A stretch of 64,000 nucleotides of DNA from the NCBI GenBank assembly GCA_965552055.1, contig CBEVQO010000003.1, positions 96,001 through 160,000 on the forward strand. The letters are read 5' to 3'. The position numbers and the translations under genes were made by a program. The notes beneath the pieces are model-generated. The model searched no databases, was not told the DNA's origin, and saw only the letters and a list, made by a program, of their open reading frames with translations. This document shows, piece by piece, positions 59,054 through 64,000 of the stretch. Position 1 is the stretch's first letter. Each line of letters starts with the position of its first letter. Origin of the DNA: an uncultured bacterium (lineage in GTDB: Bacteria; Hydrothermota; UBA3073; NMUJ01; CBEVQO01).

Positions 59054-60085
59054 ATGCAAATTTTAAAATTTAAGCATATTGAATTTAAAGAGAATTTTTT
59101 GCAAATCCTTGACCAATCTTTACTTCCCAATCATATAGTTTATCGTAAATTAAAACACATTAAAGATTTTTATAAAGCGATAAAAGAGATGTGGGTGAGG
59201 GGTGCGCCACTTATTGGCGTTGTTGCAGCTTATGGAGTGGCTATAGAGGCTATAAATTCAAAGGATAAAAATGTTGAAAAGTTAAAGAGAAAGATAAAAA
59301 AGGGAATTGAACTTTTGAGAAAAAGCCGTCCCACAGCTTATAATCTTTTCTGGGCTTTAAATCAGATGGAAAAAATTTGTGATAGTGTGCATAGCACCGA
59401 AGAATTGAAGGAAAAGTTAATAGAAGAAGCTAAAAGGATACATAAAGAAGACCAGGAGTTATGTTATAAAATAGGGCAACATGGTGAGAAGTTGATAAGG
59501 GATGGTATGCGGATTTTGACGCATTGTAATGCAGGAGCTCTTGCCACAGCTGGCATAGGTACAGCCCTTGCCCCAATTTATCTTGCCCATCTTTCAGGTA
59601 AAAAAATAAAGGTTTATGCATCAGAAACGCGACCTGCATTACAAGGTGCTCGCCTTACTGCATGGGAACTTGTGCAAAACGGCATTGATACAGTGCTTAT
59701 TTGTGATAATGTAAGAGCCACTCTATTTTCTCGTGGTGAAATAGACCTTTGTATTGTTGGTGCAGATAGGATTGCGCGTAACGGGGATGTTGCGAATAAA
59801 ATTGGCACACTTGATGTTGCGCTTTTATGTCAAAAATTTAATGTGCCTTTTTATGTGGCAGCACCTTACTCTACTTTTGACCCAAATATTTCTTCAGGTA
59901 AAGAAATTCCAATTGAAGAGAGGGACGAAAAAGAAGTAAAAGAAATAATGGGCGTAAAAATAGCACCCCGTGAAGTGAAAGTTTATAACCCTGTTTTCGA
60001 TGTCACACCTGCGGAACTCGTCACAGGATATATCACAGAAAAAGGTATTCTCAAAAAAGAAGATATTCCCAATTTAAAGCAATAA
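59054..60085 (+). CDS. mtnA: S-methyl-5-thioribose-1-phosphate isomerase
   Basis: LDQSLLP, VRGAP, SRPTA, THCNAG, ETRP, GADRI, NKIGT. Confidence 0.95.
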   Translation: MQILKFKHIEFKENFLQILDQSLLPNHIVYRKLKHIKDFYKAIKEMWVRGAPLIGVVAAYGVAIEAINSKDKNVEKLKRKIKKGIELLRKSRPTAYNLFWALNQMEKICDSVHSTEELKEKLIEEAKRIHKEDQELCYKIGQHGEKLIRDGMRILTHCNAGALATAGIGTALAPIYLAHLSGKKIKVYASETRPALQGARLTAWELVQNGIDTVLICDNVRATLFSRGEIDLCIVGADRIARNGDVANKIGTLDVALLCQKFNVPFYVAAPYSTFDPNISSGKEIPIEERDEKEVKEIMGVKIAPREVKVYNPVFDVTPAELVTGYITEKGILKKEDIPNLKQ

Positions 60086-61015
60086 ATTCTTAAAGCCTTC
60101 AGTCATATACATTTTCAGGTCTTTTGTTATTATAAGGATTTCTAAATTCTTTTCTTTTGCAAATTTTAAAGCTTTTTCGGGCTTCATCAAAAAGAGTGCT
60201 GTCGCAAATGCATCGGTATCGATTGCATTATCTGCAATCACTGTAACACTTATTATTCCTTCTGCTGGATATCCTGTTTCTGGATTTAAGATATGATGAT
60301 ACCTTTTGCCGTTTATCTCAAAATATTTTTCGTAGTCACCTGATGTTGCTATTGCTTTTTCTTTTAATTTTACTTTGCAAATTATACCTTCTTTCCTTGG
60401 GTGTTTTACTCCTATTATGAAATTTTTGTTTCCAAAAACTTTAATATCTCCTCCGAAGTTTACGAGACCTTTTTTAAATCCTTCTTTTTTTAATAGCTCT
60501 ACTGCAAGGTCTACTGCAAAGCCCTTTGCGATACCCGATAGATCAAGTTCGAAACCCCGTGGTAAAATTATACTATCACCTTTTATCATTATTTTTTTGT
60601 AATCCACAAAATTTAAAAATTTTTTTATCTCCTCTGGATTGGGGAGAACAGGTTTTTCAAAATCTTTCCATATTTCCATGAGGGGTCTTATTGTTATGTC
60701 AAATTTACCATGCGTTTCTTTTGCTATTTTCAGTGCTTTTTTAACTACAAAAAGTGTATAAGGATGTGCTTTTATTCTTCCTTTTTGATTTAACTTTTTT
60801 ATATCGCCATTTTTTTCAAAACTCATAAGTGTATCTATTCTTGCTATTTCTTTGAAAATTTTTTCCAGTTTTTTCTGCGGATTTATTCTTGAATAAACTT
60901 TTATTTCACAAATTGTGTCCATCAGGATTCTTGTTTGAGAAAATTCTTTAAGTCGTAGTTGGTAAATTATCAGGAGAGTTAAGAATAATAGGAATGTTGG
61001 GATGACTTTTTTCAT
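60074..61015 (-). CDS. apbE: FAD:protein FMN transferase
   Basis: FDITI, DLSGIAKGFAVD, ATSGDYE, YHHILNPETG, DAFATA. Confidence 0.94.
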   Translation of the reverse strand: MKKVIPTFLLFLTLLIIYQLRLKEFSQTRILMDTICEIKVYSRINPQKKLEKIFKEIARIDTLMSFEKNGDIKKLNQKGRIKAHPYTLFVVKKALKIAKETHGKFDITIRPLMEIWKDFEKPVLPNPEEIKKFLNFVDYKKIMIKGDSIILPRGFELDLSGIAKGFAVDLAVELLKKEGFKKGLVNFGGDIKVFGNKNFIIGVKHPRKEGIICKVKLKEKAIATSGDYEKYFEINGKRYHHILNPETGYPAEGIISVTVIADNAIDTDAFATALFLMKPEKALKFAKEKNLEILIITKDLKMYMTEGFKNLLL

Positions 61016-61020
61016 AAAAA

Positions 61021-61047
61021 ATTTTAAAGAAAATGTGGATATGTCAA
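61021..61047 (-). promoter_or_regulatory. Promoter TTGACA-N15-TAAAAT, ATG 5 nt downstream
   Basis: Read directly. Confidence 0.7.
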
Positions 61048-61057
61048 TTTTTTCTTT

Positions 61058-62074
61058 TTAACAAGATTTTATAAAGCCACCGCCTATTACAATGTCATCT
61101 TCGTAAAAGGTAGCAAGCTGACCAGGTGTAGGTGCGAATTGTGGCTCTTCAAAGATTACTTTTGCTTCTTTTCCTTTGACATACACAAGCGCTTTTGCAG
61201 GCGTATGCTGATATCTTATTCTGACTCTATATTCCCCGGAAGATGCTCCGCGCCACACTATTAAATCAACATTCATCTCCCTTTTATAAACATCGCGTTC
61301 CTCACCTACTACAACTACATTTTCTTTGGGTCTTATTTCAATCACATAAAGTGGCTTGCCATAAGGTATTCTTAAACCTTTCCTTTGTCCTATTGTGTAG
61401 CGAAAATATCCTTCGTGCTCTCCCAATTCTTTACCATTTTTAAAAATTATTTTTCCTCTTTTTGCTTTTGCACCATATTCTTTTATTAAAAAATCGGAGT
61501 ATGCTCTTCCTTTCCCTCCCAAGAAACATACACTTTGGCTCTCATGCTTCGAAAGAACAGGTAAATTTTCTTTCTCCGCAATCTTTTTTACTTCTTCCTT
61601 TGTATATTCCCCCAATGGAAAAATCGTATATTTTAAAATTTCTTCGGGTAAGATGGACAAAAAATATTCCTGTGATTTCCACCTGTCTTTTGCCACTTTT
61701 AAAAAGGGTTTACCATCTTTTTTTACGACCCTTACATAATGACCTGTGGCGATATAATCTGCATTTATTTCTTTTTTCTTTTCCATTAAAAATTTGAATT
61801 TTATTTTAAGATTACATACAGCACAGGGATTGGGAGTCCTGCCTCGCAAATATTCTTCTGCGAAGTAATCGATAACTTCTCTTTTAAAGATTTGTTGTAA
61901 ATCCAAAACTTCGAGCGGTATGCCGATAATTTCGCAAACTTTATGAGCATCAGAAATATCATGCCCTTCAAATAATTTAAAAGAAATTCCAAAAACATCA
62001 AATCCCCTTCTTTTTAACAAGAAAGCTGCAACAGATGAATCCACTCCTCCACTTAAAGCAACGACAACTTTCAT
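61058..62074 (-). CDS. mnmA: tRNA 2-thiouridine synthase
   Basis: SGGVDS, TPNPCAVCN, ATGHY, ESQSVCF, YTIGQRKG, PGQ. Confidence 0.95.
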   Translation of the reverse strand: MKVVVALSGGVDSSVAAFLLKRRGFDVFGISFKLFEGHDISDAHKVCEIIGIPLEVLDLQQIFKREVIDYFAEEYLRGRTPNPCAVCNLKIKFKFLMEKKKEINADYIATGHYVRVVKKDGKPFLKVAKDRWKSQEYFLSILPEEILKYTIFPLGEYTKEEVKKIAEKENLPVLSKHESQSVCFLGGKGRAYSDFLIKEYGAKAKRGKIIFKNGKELGEHEGYFRYTIGQRKGLRIPYGKPLYVIEIRPKENVVVVGEERDVYKREMNVDLIVWRGASSGEYRVRIRYQHTPAKALVYVKGKEAKVIFEEPQFAPTPGQLATFYEDDIVIGGGFIKSC

Positions 62075-62091
62075 ATAATATTAAATTTGTC

Positions 62092-62709
62092 CTATTGTGA
62101 AATAATTTCTTTTATCTTCTCTTTATCTTCTGAATATGTTACTTTTGATAGCAATTTAAAGCCATTCTCTTTATCGACAGCTTTTGGAAACATTATTCTT
62201 ACCACTTCTACTTTATCTTCATCCATTGAGAATTCGTCCATAATTCTTGCGATTTGCTCGCAGGTGAAATAATTATTTTTAGCTGCAACTTTCAAGATAC
62301 TAAGTTTATCCTCATCAAATGTTTCTTCTCTTAGCTGTTCTATAAGTGCGTTGAATGCGCTTTCGGACATCGGCTTTGGACCTTCTTCTTTTTCCACCAC
62401 TTCGATTTTTCCTGCTGGCATTGAATAAAGCAACAGTATCAAGTCTTCAAGTTCATCGAGAATCGATAAAACTTCTCTTCTATCCCTGCTCGAATAGAGT
62501 TTTTGCGTGTATATTTTCCTTAATATCCTTATATCTTCTTTTGCCCTGAAATACGCTGCCTGAGGAGTAGAAAGGTCCAATCTTGCTCTCTCTTCTCTTT
62601 CCTCTTCTGTTCTCACTCTTATCTTTACCACGCCTCCAGGTGTCGATATCTCGATCTCACCTGCCTCCAGTGTTATTGCCACCAAAATTAAAGGTACAAG
62701 ATACCTCAT
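62092..62709 (-). CDS. Exported DUF4476-like protein
   Basis: Signal peptide; MSESAF...FDEDKL...YFTCEQI...F.MDEDK. Confidence 0.7.
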   Translation of the reverse strand: MRYLVPLILVAITLEAGEIEISTPGGVVKIRVRTEEEREERARLDLSTPQAAYFRAKEDIRILRKIYTQKLYSSRDRREVLSILDELEDLILLLYSMPAGKIEVVEKEEGPKPMSESAFNALIEQLREETFDEDKLSILKVAAKNNYFTCEQIARIMDEFSMDEDKVEVVRIMFPKAVDKENGFKLLSKVTYSEDKEKIKEIISQ

Positions 62710-62719
62710 AACCCCTCCT

Positions 62720-63469
62720 TTATGGGCTTATACGCCTTCCCATAGCATTTTTCCTTCCGGGTGAATTGTCAAATACTTCAATTACATAGTAAATAACAGC
62801 TGTAAACTTTTTATCAAAAGGTCCATGGAAATAATCATGAACTAAATTTGCATATTCTACAACTTTTTTCTCATAATCAGATAGTTTAGGGTCATCTGGA
62901 CACAATAAATGTGCAATTGCTTTTATTTCAAAAGAAGGAATATCAAGAAAAACAATGGATACCGCAGGATTTATCATCTGGTTTATAAAAGTATGTGTCT
63001 CAAAATCAGGACTTGCGTACAGTTCAAGTGATATTTGCTTTGTCTTATCAAAAATTTCATCAGCTTTTTTATATAAATTTTCAAGTATTTCGAGTTTCTC
63101 TTTCATCGGCTTATTTATTGTATCTTTTAGAAGATTTATAATTTCATCTAATTTTTCTCGTCTTGGTAAAAATCCCATTCCTTTCACTGCGTTATTTATT
63201 CTAAATCTTGTATCATCTCTTTTATCGCCATAAGATGCGACCATTGCATTGTGAGGACCTGCCAGCCCTGGTGGTTTTCCTTCTTTCAAATTTTTTATCA
63301 TCTCAAGGCGCCTCTCAACATTCCATCTCATAAATTTATCGGGCAATTCTATAAGTTTGAATTCCTGCCATTCATCTTCTACTTTTGCACGAACTATATT
63401 TTCCTTTAAAACTTTACTTGCATCTACTGTCTCTTGGCGAAAGAACTTTCCTTTCCAGAATTTATTCAT
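62720..63469 (-). CDS. Hypothetical protein (possible FMN-binding split-barrel)
   Basis: INNAVKGMGF...SFEIKA...EVFDNSPG. Confidence 0.6.
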   Translation of the reverse strand: MNKFWKGKFFRQETVDASKVLKENIVRAKVEDEWQEFKLIELPDKFMRWNVERRLEMIKNLKEGKPPGLAGPHNAMVASYGDKRDDTRFRINNAVKGMGFLPRREKLDEIINLLKDTINKPMKEKLEILENLYKKADEIFDKTKQISLELYASPDFETHTFINQMINPAVSIVFLDIPSFEIKAIAHLLCPDDPKLSDYEKKVVEYANLVHDYFHGPFDKKFTAVIYYVIEVFDNSPGRKNAMGRRISP

Positions 63470-63474
63470 TACTT

Positions 63475-63501
63475 ATTTTATTCGGTTTACTCCATTGTCA
63501 A
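63475..63501 (-). promoter_or_regulatory. Promoter TTGACA-N15-TAAAAT, ATG 5 nt downstream
   Basis: Read directly. Confidence 0.7.
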
Positions 63502-63566
63502 CAATTTTATTTCTGCTTGACAAATCTCGATTTTTCTTATAAATAAAGTAAGAAAAGGAGGGAGGG

Positions 63567-63917
63567 ATGGCAAAATGTCTGATAGTAGATGATTCAGGGA
63601 TGATGAGGAAAATGTATGCGAAGGCACTAAAAGATGCGGGCTTTGACTATGAAATTATCGAAGCCGAAAATGGTAAAGACGGACTTAGCAAACTGAAATC
63701 CGAAAAAGTTGACCTCATTTTAGTTGATGCTGTTATGCCTGAAATGGGAGGAGTTGAGTTCTCAAAAGCAGTAAAATCTGACCCGAACTTAAAAGGAATC
63801 CCGATGATAATGATAACTGGCAAAAAAGAAGAAGCAGAAGGAAGTGCAGCAGATGCTGTATTGCTTAAACCTTTCAAACCCGAAGATTTAAAAGCAACAA
63901 TAGAAAAAATTAAATGA
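63567..63917 (+). CDS. CheY-like single-domain response regulator
   Basis: LIVDDS, LVDAVMPEMGG, MIT, KPF. Confidence 0.92.
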   Translation: MAKCLIVDDSGMMRKMYAKALKDAGFDYEIIEAENGKDGLSKLKSEKVDLILVDAVMPEMGGVEFSKAVKSDPNLKGIPMIMITGKKEEAEGSAADAVLLKPFKPEDLKATIEKIK

Positions 63918-64000
63918 AAGTTATACAAATATGTGATGCAAAAGATTTTGTAGGTGAAGAAGTAGAGATAAGAGGCTGGCTTTACAATCGCAGGTCAAGT
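63914..64000 (+). CDS. asnS: Asparaginyl-tRNA synthetase, N-terminal fragment
   Basis: MKVIQICDAKDFVGEEVEIRGWLYNRRSS; ATGA overlap. Confidence 0.75.
   Translation, partial: MKVIQICDAKDFVGEEVEIRGWLYNRRSS

Overview
AT-rich bacterial chromosome segment, probably from a diderm anaerobe; secreted proteins with a FlgD-Ig/T9SS-like tail, GH57 and hypF suggest a WOR-3/FCB-like lineage (inference only). It holds an alpha-glucan locus, housekeeping genes (hypF, purL, hup, mtnA, apbE, mnmA, partial asnS, one tRNA-CAT), a glycosylation cluster and two defence islands. Island 1 (13.9-25.1 kb) is a Type III R-M whose res gene carries one in-frame TAG. An RloC-like ATPase and a HEPN-motif gene lie between mod and res, and an ATPase/TOPRIM pair follows. 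Island 2 (29.8-38.4 kb) is the main candidate system: one translationally coupled operon, hsdR-hsdM-hsdS -> N-L1-L2-like partner -> MID-PIWI Argonaute closely resembling Archaeoglobus fulgidus AfAgo -> protein with C-terminal membrane helices, bracketed by degenerate inverted repeats. Two signals outside the ORF track stand out. First, promoters follow TTGACA-N15-TAAAAT and mostly sit 5-6 nt before a start codon (leaderless). Second, a ~320-bp dispersed element occurs three times, with conserved ends and a 21-bp periodic AT-rich tail.
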